Below, piece after piece: positions 28,132-37,171 of a stretch of 64,000 nucleotides of DNA. A program made the position numbers and the translations under genes. The notes under the pieces were generated by a model. That model had not been told where the DNA came from. It searched no databases and worked only from the letters and a program-made list of their open reading frames with translations. How positions within the stretch are numbered: position 1 is the stretch's first letter; each line of letters opens with the position of its first letter. The DNA lies in the IMG/VR virus record IMGVR_UViG_3300032007_000017, one strand, 5' to 3'. Source of the DNA: a virus (lineage: Duplodnaviria > Caudoviricetes).

Positions 28132-28153
28132 CATTGATGTATATTATTACGAT

Positions 28154-29752
28154 TTAACTGGGATTCCCAGATTCATCAAAAAAGACATATCTATATTTCT
28201 TTACCATTTCTCCTGTACGTTCATCTAATGTAGAGAATGGAGTATATAGATGGTTTCTTTCTTGAATGATTTTATTAGCTCTATCTTCTAATTCATTTGG
28301 TTTCATAGTTACTTCAACACATTCGGTAGCGTATTTAGCAAATACAGGTCTCTTTGCATTGTAATACTTTCTCAATTGAGGGAATCCAGTATCTACAATG
28401 TCTTTATAGATAGTCCCATCTGCTCTTGTACGACCAAACGTTTGTTGTGCTAAAACCTTTGACTTAAAAGGTTCCGCTAATACAATTGTTTCTACTAATC
28501 CAGCAATGTCCATTGCTGCACCAGCAGATTTAGTATTAGATAGAATAATCTTCTTTTCAAGCTCAGCTTGTCGATCATTCTTATCTATTTCACCATAATA
28601 AGTCCCTACATAGTTCGTCAACTCAGGATAATTCTCTATAAGCCAATCTCTTATATAGAGTATTCCTGCATTGGTTCCAATATACCATAAAGACTTACCA
28701 GGCTTATTAAGTGCTTGAGATACCAAGATATGCAGTAACTGATGGAATGATTCTTGCCGAATGATATAACCGGTATATCCTAAACGATTCAATCCATAAG
28801 CATTCTGTAAATCGGACATCTGTTTTGCAGAAGGTTGAGAATTGAATTTTATAGCTGCATATTTTGTATGAGGATCTAAATCTCTATTAAAGAGATCGAT
28901 AAAAGGAGTACCAGTAAAGTACTCTTTAAAGATTTCATTCTCTTCAAAAGAAGATCTATTTGGAGTTGCAGTTAGATAGAGAGTAAGGAAAGTATTAGTA
29001 GCACAGTCAATCCTAAACATATTATCCATATCAAGATGTGACTCATCATATACCTTAATACCTACTCCCATAAACTTAAATAAGTCTCCTACTCCAGACC
29101 ATCCATAGTGATTGGCATATGCTCTTACTGTAGAATGGAGCATCAGATAAACAGAATACTTCTTTCCAGTAGACATAATTCTTCTCATATTGGTTGGAGT
29201 AATATAGCATATTTCATCAGGAGTAATATCTGTATACTCTTGAAAGAAATTATACCATTGATCGAGACAACCAGATGTGGTTGTTACAACTGCACATCTC
29301 ATCTTTCTAAGAGAAAGAGATGCAATTGCACAATAGGTCTTACCCTTACCAGTATTCAGATTCAATGATAGCATTGTATAATTCTGAGTATACTCATAAG
29401 GATTCATACCCATAATAAACTTGATAGCAAGTTTTTGGTCTTCATTCTTTGGAGTATATTTGATATTCAATGGACGATCCATTGGTTCTGCTGGATCAAA
29501 GTCTCGAATAACCCTAATGGTAGTAGTATCTCCGAGCATCCATTTCATTTTATCAATATCAACTCCACGAGGAAGCATTAATACTTTTCGTTCACTATCA
29601 TACTCCATTCCTTTTGGTTCTAGTTTGAAGTATGTCTTTGTAATCATTTTCTTAATTAAATGCTTCTTTTCAATATAAGGAAAGTCACCCATCTCGTAGT
29701 TTGTAATCTCTGCATGGGTTCTATAGACTACAATTTCATGCGGTTTATCCAT
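28154..29752 (-). CDS. uvsW: SF2 DExH helicase (UvsW-like)
   Basis: Walker A NTGKGKT, DESH, TAT, QTFGRTR; AGGAG SD before ATG 29752. Confidence 0.85.
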   Translation of the reverse strand: MDKPHEIVVYRTHAEITNYEMGDFPYIEKKHLIKKMITKTYFKLEPKGMEYDSERKVLMLPRGVDIDKMKWMLGDTTTIRVIRDFDPAEPMDRPLNIKYTPKNEDQKLAIKFIMGMNPYEYTQNYTMLSLNLNTGKGKTYCAIASLSLRKMRCAVVTTTSGCLDQWYNFFQEYTDITPDEICYITPTNMRRIMSTGKKYSVYLMLHSTVRAYANHYGWSGVGDLFKFMGVGIKVYDESHLDMDNMFRIDCATNTFLTLYLTATPNRSSFEENEIFKEYFTGTPFIDLFNRDLDPHTKYAAIKFNSQPSAKQMSDLQNAYGLNRLGYTGYIIRQESFHQLLHILVSQALNKPGKSLWYIGTNAGILYIRDWLIENYPELTNYVGTYYGEIDKNDRQAELEKKIILSNTKSAGAAMDIAGLVETIVLAEPFKSKVLAQQTFGRTRADGTIYKDIVDTGFPQLRKYYNAKRPVFAKYATECVEVTMKPNELEDRANKIIQERNHLYTPFSTLDERTGEMVKKYRYVFFDESGNPS

Positions 29753-30227
29753 GATTTCTCCTATTTTCAAATCCAGTAATTCCAAGAATATATCGAAGTT
29801 CTTTCTTAAGAATCCTAACCTGATTTAAACGTAATCCATGCTGTTTAGCATATTGTTTAGAATCATACATCAGAATATCTCTGCATGTATAAGCATCAAT
29901 AAATTTACAATTATTATTGATCTTAATACCAAAATCATGTTTATCATTATCTTCATGAAGCATATTGAAGATCTGATGAACAGGGATTCCTGCTTTAAAA
30001 CAAATAGGTTCATAGAGCAACTTAATATCTGAAAATAGATATAATAGAAAAAGGGATGTACTAGTCGCTTGATACATCCGATTATTATCATCATATAGCT
30101 TACGAGTAGCAATCTTGAAATCTCTAATTCTATTATTTACTACTACAGATTTAGATTTTGGTTCTCCATATTTATTAAATACAGTTTCTGGATAACTGTA
30201 CTTTGCTAGATTATGTGGTGCCTTCAT
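29745..30227 (-). CDS. Hypothetical protein
   Basis: 160-aa ORF coupled to the helicase gene; early-type motif 30261-30273. Confidence 0.7.
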   Translation of the reverse strand: MKAPHNLAKYSYPETVFNKYGEPKSKSVVVNNRIRDFKIATRKLYDDNNRMYQATSTSLFLLYLFSDIKLLYEPICFKAGIPVHQIFNMLHEDNDKHDFGIKINNNCKFIDAYTCRDILMYDSKQYAKQHGLRLNQVRILKKELRYILGITGFENRRNHG

Positions 30228-30281
30228 GTGTTATTCATACCCTTTCATTTTATTATGATGATAATATGTAACTAAAAAAGA

Positions 30282-30308
30282 AAACGAGGGAGATTTACTC
30301 CCTCGTTT
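30282..30308 (-). terminator. Intrinsic terminator
   Basis: 11-bp stem plus U tail. Confidence 0.8.
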
Positions 30309-30321
30309 CTCATGCTAGAGA

Positions 30322-32193
30322 TTAGATAATGTCAACGATCTTTGTATCTTCAGGGTGTCTCATATTAGCAACTGCATTACGAAGCTGCTTTTCTGAAACA
30401 TGAGTAATATTTTCTATCTCTTTCTTCATCTTTTTACTTTCAATAATCCTTAAGCGGATCATGAGAGCATATAGGTGTTTTGAAAGATTTTTGGGTTGAT
30501 CTGCATACTTTTTAAGCTGATTGATCTCACTATTCTTTGCGAATTTGTAATGGGACCAAATCTTAAAGAATACAAAGTTTACATTACCATAGCAATTGTG
30601 GATAGGGGCATTCAACATCTGAGTGCAGTCTTTGATAGAATGGGTATTAAACCATTCGGCAATATCGTTAAAATCCATTACAATCTTGTATACCATTGTA
30701 TTATTTTCTCTCGAATACAGGAGGTAATAGAACACGATCTTGTCCTCAATACATGTCCCATTATAAATAATGGATTTATCCAAATATTGACTAATGGAAC
30801 CATCATCATACGATGCTCTATAGTCATTTATAATTGCATCGATATTTTTATAATTGCCGAATAATTTGCTGGTTCTAAATCTCTTAATGAACCCATTTAA
30901 CTCTACTTTTATATTATACTTGTATCCGTTACCGTGTTCATACATGTATCTATTAAAGCAACTAGTAAAGTGTCCATAAGAGCAAACGAGATTAGGCTCA
31001 AGAGATGTAATATCGCGATAAATGTCTATAAGGTTCTTATTAGATTTCGCTTCTTCCAGGATAAGATCACGAAGAATTACATTCTCCATGGGATTGGTGT
31101 ATTTGTTGATAGTTCTACAATCGCAGGCTTTAGTAGAAGGATCACAGTTATCCGTAACGCATTCTATAAGCAGTCTAGCCATGCCCTTATAGCAATAGTA
31201 GCTATTGATTGATTTATAGAGCCCAGCTCTAACAAGTACTTCACCAGGAGTTGAAACAAGTAGCTCGATATTCCGTCTGCTCATATAGTTTGTTTTAGCA
31301 TGATCGAACCTAACGGCTTCTTGTTTAACAAATTTCCTATAAATCGATCTAATAGGAAGACTATCGTCTATAACGTATTTAGAATACTCTTTAAATAATA
31401 GATCGACTTCATTTTTTACTGAATCTGAAATAGCAATATTATCAATGATATTAGTATTACCATTGCTATTACCATTATCAGTTTCAACGCTATTGACTGT
31501 ATCATCCTTTACTAATCTAGGGCGAATACCAGCCTTGGATTTCTTTTCAGATTCGTCAGGTTTTTCATCAGATTTCTTGGATTCGATAGCGCGAGCTACG
31601 TATTTCAGAACAGCGTCGTGCTCATCTTTTTCACGCTGTTCTTTCTTTTGTTGCTCGAACTTTTTCACTCGTTCATTGAACTTGTCGATTTGGGATTTCT
31701 TTTCTTCGGCATGTTCGCTACTAATTTTTGTAGGAACTACAGTAGTGGTGCTAGGAGTAATTACTGCAGAAGATTGATGATAGTCCAACAGGTTATTGCT
31801 GGGTCCGCACATACCATACAGCATACCTCTAATAGGATTGTATGTGTACGGTAAGATCGTAACTACTCCGTTCTCAACGGTAAAATAGCCCATGAGAATA
31901 TGAACATAAAACTCGATCACATTTAGATAGACGCTTCCGATATTGTCGTATATGTGTACAATAGATGCGGTATTGAAAGTATTGGGTTCTACATTGTACA
32001 CGCCGATAACTGTGCCTTTGTCTGTTACATTTACTTTTGGAAGGTTGTTAAAAATAGGATCACTCGAAATCTTGATACAATTGTATCTTCCATTTTGGGT
32101 ATCCTTGCCGATAATGATACCCATAACTCTTCTTTGCTTGCCAAGTGAACCAATTTTGCAGGCTATTACCTGCCCTAATGCTAATTCTTCCAT
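30322..32193 (-). CDS. Hypothetical early protein with possible degenerate PemK/MazF-like N-terminal domain
   Basis: 623 aa, AAGGAG SD, early-type motif 32257-32273; domain call by eye only. Confidence 0.6.
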   Translation of the reverse strand: MEELALGQVIACKIGSLGKQRRVMGIIIGKDTQNGRYNCIKISSDPIFNNLPKVNVTDKGTVIGVYNVEPNTFNTASIVHIYDNIGSVYLNVIEFYVHILMGYFTVENGVVTILPYTYNPIRGMLYGMCGPSNNLLDYHQSSAVITPSTTTVVPTKISSEHAEEKKSQIDKFNERVKKFEQQKKEQREKDEHDAVLKYVARAIESKKSDEKPDESEKKSKAGIRPRLVKDDTVNSVETDNGNSNGNTNIIDNIAISDSVKNEVDLLFKEYSKYVIDDSLPIRSIYRKFVKQEAVRFDHAKTNYMSRRNIELLVSTPGEVLVRAGLYKSINSYYCYKGMARLLIECVTDNCDPSTKACDCRTINKYTNPMENVILRDLILEEAKSNKNLIDIYRDITSLEPNLVCSYGHFTSCFNRYMYEHGNGYKYNIKVELNGFIKRFRTSKLFGNYKNIDAIINDYRASYDDGSISQYLDKSIIYNGTCIEDKIVFYYLLYSRENNTMVYKIVMDFNDIAEWFNTHSIKDCTQMLNAPIHNCYGNVNFVFFKIWSHYKFAKNSEINQLKKYADQPKNLSKHLYALMIRLRIIESKKMKKEIENITHVSEKQLRNAVANMRHPEDTKIVDII

Positions 32194-32298
32194 TCTTTAT
32201 ATCTCCTTTATAGTATATTTGAGATAGGAGAACTGGCCATATCCTCTTATCCCATCATAATAATAATATATCTTCAAAGGATTTAATAATTACGAAAA

Positions 32299-32324
32299 AA
32301 GAAAAGGCCCGAAGGCCTTTTCTT
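32299..32324 (-). terminator. Intrinsic terminator after the RNAP subunit gene
   Basis: C(UUCG)G hairpin plus U tail. Confidence 0.85.
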
Positions 32325-32325
32325 A

Positions 32326-34803
32326 TTATTCTTCGACATCAAGGATTTCAGAATCATCCTCAAATTCAGAACTATCTGCTGTAACCTTATCACTATCTTC
32401 CAATTTCGTAAACGGCTCATAAAGCTCACCAGGATCACGCTTTACAACCTCTGTATCAGCAGGAGTAATATCCCTAATGACAAGCTGAGGTTTATTCATA
32501 AAGAATAGATCCATAAAGCTAGGACCATGCTTACGATAGGTAAGAGGATCATACAAAGCTCTTGTAATCTTCTGATAAGACAGTGCGATTGTTACGGAAG
32601 GATTCTTTGTAAGAGCCTCATCAAGAGTAAGTATACGATAAGGAGGATTAATTTGATCCCAATCGGGACGTTCCAGTACATCGTCGATATCCCTAATCTG
32701 ATTAGACAGGATGAGCTCGTAATGTACAGCACTAATGTCCATACTTCCTTCAATGTTGGTGTCGAGAATCTGTTGCAAGAGTTCCGGAATGGTGTCATAA
32801 CGTTTAACTTCTTCTCCTCTATTATAGAGATGCTTAAGCTTATTCAAGATCTTGATAAGCTCATTGTTTTGCACTTTGAGATAAAACAGAGGAATATCAG
32901 AAAGTGCAGAAATGGGAATATTCAGCCTTTCTCCAGAAGGTGTAGCCTTCTTACGAATTACAGCATTCATCTCATTTGTAAGATAGAGATGCTCATGATT
33001 TTTCGTACGAATAGTCCAACTCTGGCCTGTCGATTTCTGGACAATTTCAAACTCAGAAATATACTCATCGTAATTTTCAGAGTCATCATCATCCTCATCG
33101 GTATCTGCTTCAATAGCATCTTTACGAATGTACATACGGAAGTCAGACGGATTATCGACATACTGACTGATACGAATAACAGTATTCTCCATATCAAACA
33201 GCTTATCGAATCCTTCTTCCCATTCAATACGATCGACAGACGCTTCAAGAATGTGTTTTGCGGAGAGTTGCTTCTGAGTTTGCTTTGCTGTAATCAACTC
33301 AGATGCAATACGTCCAATATTGATACCCTGTTTGGTAACAATATCAAATACAGAATATGCGAGATTACCATAGCACCTATAGCATACACCCTGCCCTCTA
33401 GCAGCAGATGCACAAGTGCACGGAGATCTAAGATAGATAGTCTTTCCAATCAGATGCTTATCTCTCTTATAATTGATCTCCATCTCTCGTCCCATAGGAT
33501 CCAAACGATAAAATCTAAGATTCAGATGTTTTAAATGTCCATCTGTCTTGACTATCGTAGGAATAAGATTACGAGAATGACAATCATAATTAGGATCAGG
33601 ATACAGATACGAATCCATGTTATTCAGTGACATGATTCGTGCAAGAGTACCCGATTTAGAGACGTTCTTAAACTTCAAGATCTGAGCAATACGAGAAGTA
33701 GAACTCTCGATAAAGTAATTAACCGGATCAATCAGACCTCCACCAATGAATGATGTATCTGCGATCTCGGGGAAGATACCTCCTCGGCCATCCGGCTTAA
33801 TTCCGATAGCAATAGTAAATTCTGCATATTGCTTCGGATTAATACCTTCATTTGCTCTCCAAGCATCAGCAAGACAATGATCATATCCAAGAAGTTTCTT
33901 AGAAACTTCAATACGTTCAATTGATGTTCTAGCATCAGCCATGATAGCAGACTTAACTTGGTCAACCTGAAGACCAGAATAAGATCCATGAAGCGCTTTA
34001 AAGAACTTTGGATCTCTATCCATCAATTCTGCAGAGTCTTCAAGATTAAGAGTATTGCAAAGATAGTTTGCAAACTGCTCAATATCATGATAATGATACA
34101 GAGTATCAGAAATCGTAATACTGAGCTCTCTTGTAGAGTGAGTAATGCGATTATCATTGATGACAAAATCATCAATATAATTCTTGATATCTTTTGCAGT
34201 AATATTCTTAGGGAAGAATAGATTCTTAGGTTTAACCTTCTGTCCGATAAAGATGATTGGCTTCCACATAATAAGATTGAAGAAGTAATCAGGAATAGAC
34301 AGATGGCAAATCTTTCCTCTACCGAAATTGATCTCTAAGAAATACTTTTGCACATACAATGAGAAGATACCATCTTTAAGGATATTGATAATCCCTCTAT
34401 AGTGATCTTCCCAGTTATCTTTATTGATCTTAGCGACATCGACAGTCATCTTAAGACCAAGAGCAATCGACTTATAAGGTCCATAGTTGTCGAAATTCTC
34501 AAGAGGATTCTTTCTCATATCACAGGGGACAGAGTTAGAAATAGCATCTTGAATTTCTTTCTTTCTTGCAGCAACAAAAGCTGGCATGTCAGTTACCTCT
34601 TCTGGACTAATTGCTTCAAGAAGCTCCGGAGAACCATATTCATTAACAACATCGTAGAGTTTATCTACTTCGACTTGCTGTTGAATACGGTCTTGTTCAG
34701 TATCCTCATCATCATCTTCTTCTCTTGGATAGAGATGCAGATTATTGAATACCTTTTCCAATCGCTTAAGTTCAAGTGTTTGCTTATCGTACATGTGTGT
34801 CAT
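32326..34803 (-). CDS. rpoC: Phage multisubunit RNA polymerase beta' subunit, C-terminal half
   Basis: Bridge helix SKSGTLAR, Zn site RSPCTC..GVCYRCYG, trigger loop NIGRIASELITAKQTQKQLSAKH, HYELILSNQ, ALSYQ; no NADFDGD (split subunit). Confidence 0.93.
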   Translation of the reverse strand: MTHMYDKQTLELKRLEKVFNNLHLYPREEDDDEDTEQDRIQQQVEVDKLYDVVNEYGSPELLEAISPEEVTDMPAFVAARKKEIQDAISNSVPCDMRKNPLENFDNYGPYKSIALGLKMTVDVAKINKDNWEDHYRGIINILKDGIFSLYVQKYFLEINFGRGKICHLSIPDYFFNLIMWKPIIFIGQKVKPKNLFFPKNITAKDIKNYIDDFVINDNRITHSTRELSITISDTLYHYHDIEQFANYLCNTLNLEDSAELMDRDPKFFKALHGSYSGLQVDQVKSAIMADARTSIERIEVSKKLLGYDHCLADAWRANEGINPKQYAEFTIAIGIKPDGRGGIFPEIADTSFIGGGLIDPVNYFIESSTSRIAQILKFKNVSKSGTLARIMSLNNMDSYLYPDPNYDCHSRNLIPTIVKTDGHLKHLNLRFYRLDPMGREMEINYKRDKHLIGKTIYLRSPCTCASAARGQGVCYRCYGNLAYSVFDIVTKQGINIGRIASELITAKQTQKQLSAKHILEASVDRIEWEEGFDKLFDMENTVIRISQYVDNPSDFRMYIRKDAIEADTDEDDDDSENYDEYISEFEIVQKSTGQSWTIRTKNHEHLYLTNEMNAVIRKKATPSGERLNIPISALSDIPLFYLKVQNNELIKILNKLKHLYNRGEEVKRYDTIPELLQQILDTNIEGSMDISAVHYELILSNQIRDIDDVLERPDWDQINPPYRILTLDEALTKNPSVTIALSYQKITRALYDPLTYRKHGPSFMDLFFMNKPQLVIRDITPADTEVVKRDPGELYEPFTKLEDSDKVTADSSEFEDDSEILDVEE

Positions 34804-34849
34804 TCCTCCATAATCATAGAGTTATCAAAAAGTTAAAGAATGGGTAAAT

Positions 34850-35197
34850 TTATACCCATTCTTTAACCTGAACTTCTCCAACAGAATTAAATCCTACTAA
34901 TGCTACTTCTTGTGTATTATCGGTAGGATTGATCTTATGAATAAAGCAATCATAAGTCTCTGCTGTTCTTGGATTGCAGAATGCCATCTGAGGAGTATGA
35001 AAATCTTCAATATTATTAATCTTCTTCAGGCAGTCTGCATATGAAAGAGTCCATTCGATATTATATTTCTTAGAAAGCAGCATCTCATCTGTGATGTCTG
35101 GATAGAAATGAGCTTCTGCTTTTTCGCCAGAGTATTTTGCTACTCCAGTATGATGATAGTATTTATCCTTCTTAGGATCTAGGTATGATTTAGCCAT
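34850..35197 (-). CDS. Hypothetical protein
   Basis: 115-aa ORF in the operon upstream of the RNAP subunit. Confidence 0.7.
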   Translation of the reverse strand: MAKSYLDPKKDKYYHHTGVAKYSGEKAEAHFYPDITDEMLLSKKYNIEWTLSYADCLKKINNIEDFHTPQMAFCNPRTAETYDCFIHKINPTDNTQEVALVGFNSVGEVQVKEWV

Positions 35198-35375
35198 GTT
35201 TATTACTTGTAAGCAAACCTAATGTGATAATGAAATATCTACATTGGTCATAGCTTATTCCTTTCTCTCGATATTTCTTAAAACATTCTGATCCTTGTTC
35301 AGGAAAGTTCTCTTTCATGAACTCGGCATCATCTTCAGTCCAATTTGCTTTCTTTCTGGTTTCTCTGTAAGGCAC
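35190..35375 (-). CDS. Small protein with SANT/Myb-like HTH pattern
   Basis: WTEDDAEFMKENFP motif; GTG start with AAGGA SD. Confidence 0.55.
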   Translation of the reverse strand: MPYRETRKKANWTEDDAEFMKENFPEQGSECFKKYREKGISYDQCRYFIITLGLLTSNKHG

Positions 35376-35389
35376 GGTTCATCATCCTT

Positions 35390-35626
35390 TTATATAAATT
35401 TTGCTTGATCTGACTCTATTATAGCTGTTGCTATAACTTCTGAAATAGATGAAATAGGGATTGATACCCTAACTGGTTTCATTCTTATTGGTCTTTCAGG
35501 TGTTGGATCTTTAAACAATGTGATATCAATTAAATTCGTTTTGCGATTATAATCTACTCCTAATATAATCGCATCTTCAACAAATAATTTACATATCTCA
35601 TTCAATGATTTATTGTTATTATCCAT
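35390..35626 (-). CDS. Hypothetical protein
   Basis: 78-aa ORF, GGGGGTG SD. Confidence 0.65.
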   Translation of the reverse strand: MDNNNKSLNEICKLFVEDAIILGVDYNRKTNLIDITLFKDPTPERPIRMKPVRVSIPISSISEVIATAIIESDQAKFI

Positions 35627-35644
35627 AAATACACCCCCATAGAA

Positions 35645-35676
35645 AAGTTACTACCCGAGTTAACGGGTAGTAACTT
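35645..35676 (-). terminator. Intrinsic terminator
   Basis: 13-bp stem plus U tail. Confidence 0.75.
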
Positions 35677-35706
35677 CATTTTTATAATATCTTTCTGATC
35701 TGATCT

Positions 35707-36135
35707 TTAGTCTTCAAGATAGCTCTTGGGAACATATTTAGCTACAAAGTTTGTACGAGCATTCTCTGCATAGGTCTTAGCAGCATCACCATACTCGCCG
35801 ATCAGTTCATTCATCAGTCTACGCTCTTCAGCACGATGACGAACTAACTCATTCCAACGCTCATCCTCATTCTCTTTAGCCATATGAGAAACAACCAACT
35901 CCATAGCATGATCAGTATATTCCTCATTAGCAAGAGCTTCAAGCGTATCACCAGAAATGATGTCATTCTCGATCAGATATTTAGCCTCAGGGCCAGTTAC
36001 AAATTCATGAAGCTTACTCTTGGAAAGACGAGAAAGCTCCTGGAAGATAAAAGCCTCCTGAAGGGGCTTGGTGTCTTTAAAGATACTCTTAGGTGCTAAA
36101 GTAGCACTCTCATCAAACAAAATGGACGTAGCCAT
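35707..36135 (-). CDS. Putative virion protein
   Basis: 142 aa, AAGGAGG SD, late-type promoter 36168-36179, own terminator. Confidence 0.75.
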   Translation of the reverse strand: MATSILFDESATLAPKSIFKDTKPLQEAFIFQELSRLSKSKLHEFVTGPEAKYLIENDIISGDTLEALANEEYTDHAMELVVSHMAKENEDERWNELVRHRAEERRLMNELIGEYGDAAKTYAENARTNFVAKYVPKSYLED

Positions 36136-36273
36136 CTATAATTCCTCCTTAAAAATTGGAATCGAATTAATTGATTGTTGATTGCATATTATTAATGTGA
36201 AAGGAGATAGAAAAGATTAATGAGATTTTTCAAAACATTTATCAATTTGCTTTAATTAAAGGAGGATGAAAAT

Positions 36274-36666
36274 ATGTTTCAGATTACAGTTTCTTCGTTG
36301 GATTGTAGTTTTGGAAAATATGCCAGTCTAACGATTGATTTTGAGTATGATAAGAATGCTAAGCTTCTTAATGCTTTATCTAATTTCAAGAAGAAGCTCT
36401 ATACTCAAATGATAAGTGTAGGAATTGATAACGATGAGTTGTCTGCTATTGGAGGAAATATCTTTCATAGTGATGATAATATTATCCCCAGTATTAAAAC
36501 CATCTTTGATGGTATTCCTGAATGCACTAAGTTCGATATCAACCGAGTAAGCGATAATATAATTCGGTGGGATATCGAGTTAGATCAATCTGCCGAAAAT
36601 TATGATAATTTGATAGCGGCTTTCGAGAAATTCACTAGTTATCTCGAATCTACTATCGAATTATAA
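36274..36666 (+). CDS. Hypothetical protein
   Basis: 130 aa, AGGAGG SD. Confidence 0.75.
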   Translation: MFQITVSSLDCSFGKYASLTIDFEYDKNAKLLNALSNFKKKLYTQMISVGIDNDELSAIGGNIFHSDDNIIPSIKTIFDGIPECTKFDINRVSDNIIRWDIELDQSAENYDNLIAAFEKFTSYLESTIEL

Positions 36667-36679
36667 GAAGGAGAAAATT

Positions 36680-37120
36680 ATGGAGCTTTTAATCCCATGG
36701 TCAAGAGGTATTCGAGAAGAGGTCAAGCAGATTTACAATCTGCTTGAAGAATACGAATCTAAAATAGCATCATATGCAAAAGATGGATATAAGTTTTCAG
36801 AAGTCTTTGTTGGTGCATATTATGCATCGTTCAAAGTATATTGCTTCTATAATGCAGAATTCAATGCATTATTTTCTAATTTATGCACATCTTCTTGGTC
36901 ATTAGAAGATGTAGTAAAGAAAGAACTTCAGCAAAATTGCACTATTTCTGCTGAGTATAAGTGGAAGCCTGATAATAATGAAATCCGAAGAATTATGATT
37001 TCTGCAACAGAGTTTTCATCATATCAGCCAGTCGTTAATACTCTTAAAATGGCAATTAGACGTATACCAATAGATTTTAATAAGTATGAAGCGGATGATG
37101 ATGAGGAGGAGGATGACTAA
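36680..37120 (+). CDS. Hypothetical protein with acidic tail
   Basis: 146 aa, AAGGAG SD. Confidence 0.75.
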   Translation: MELLIPWSRGIREEVKQIYNLLEEYESKIASYAKDGYKFSEVFVGAYYASFKVYCFYNAEFNALFSNLCTSSWSLEDVVKKELQQNCTISAEYKWKPDNNEIRRIMISATEFSSYQPVVNTLKMAIRRIPIDFNKYEADDDEEEDD

Positions 37121-37171
37121 AATATACTTCTCTTAAAACGATTTAATAAGTAAATCTCAAAGGAGAATATC

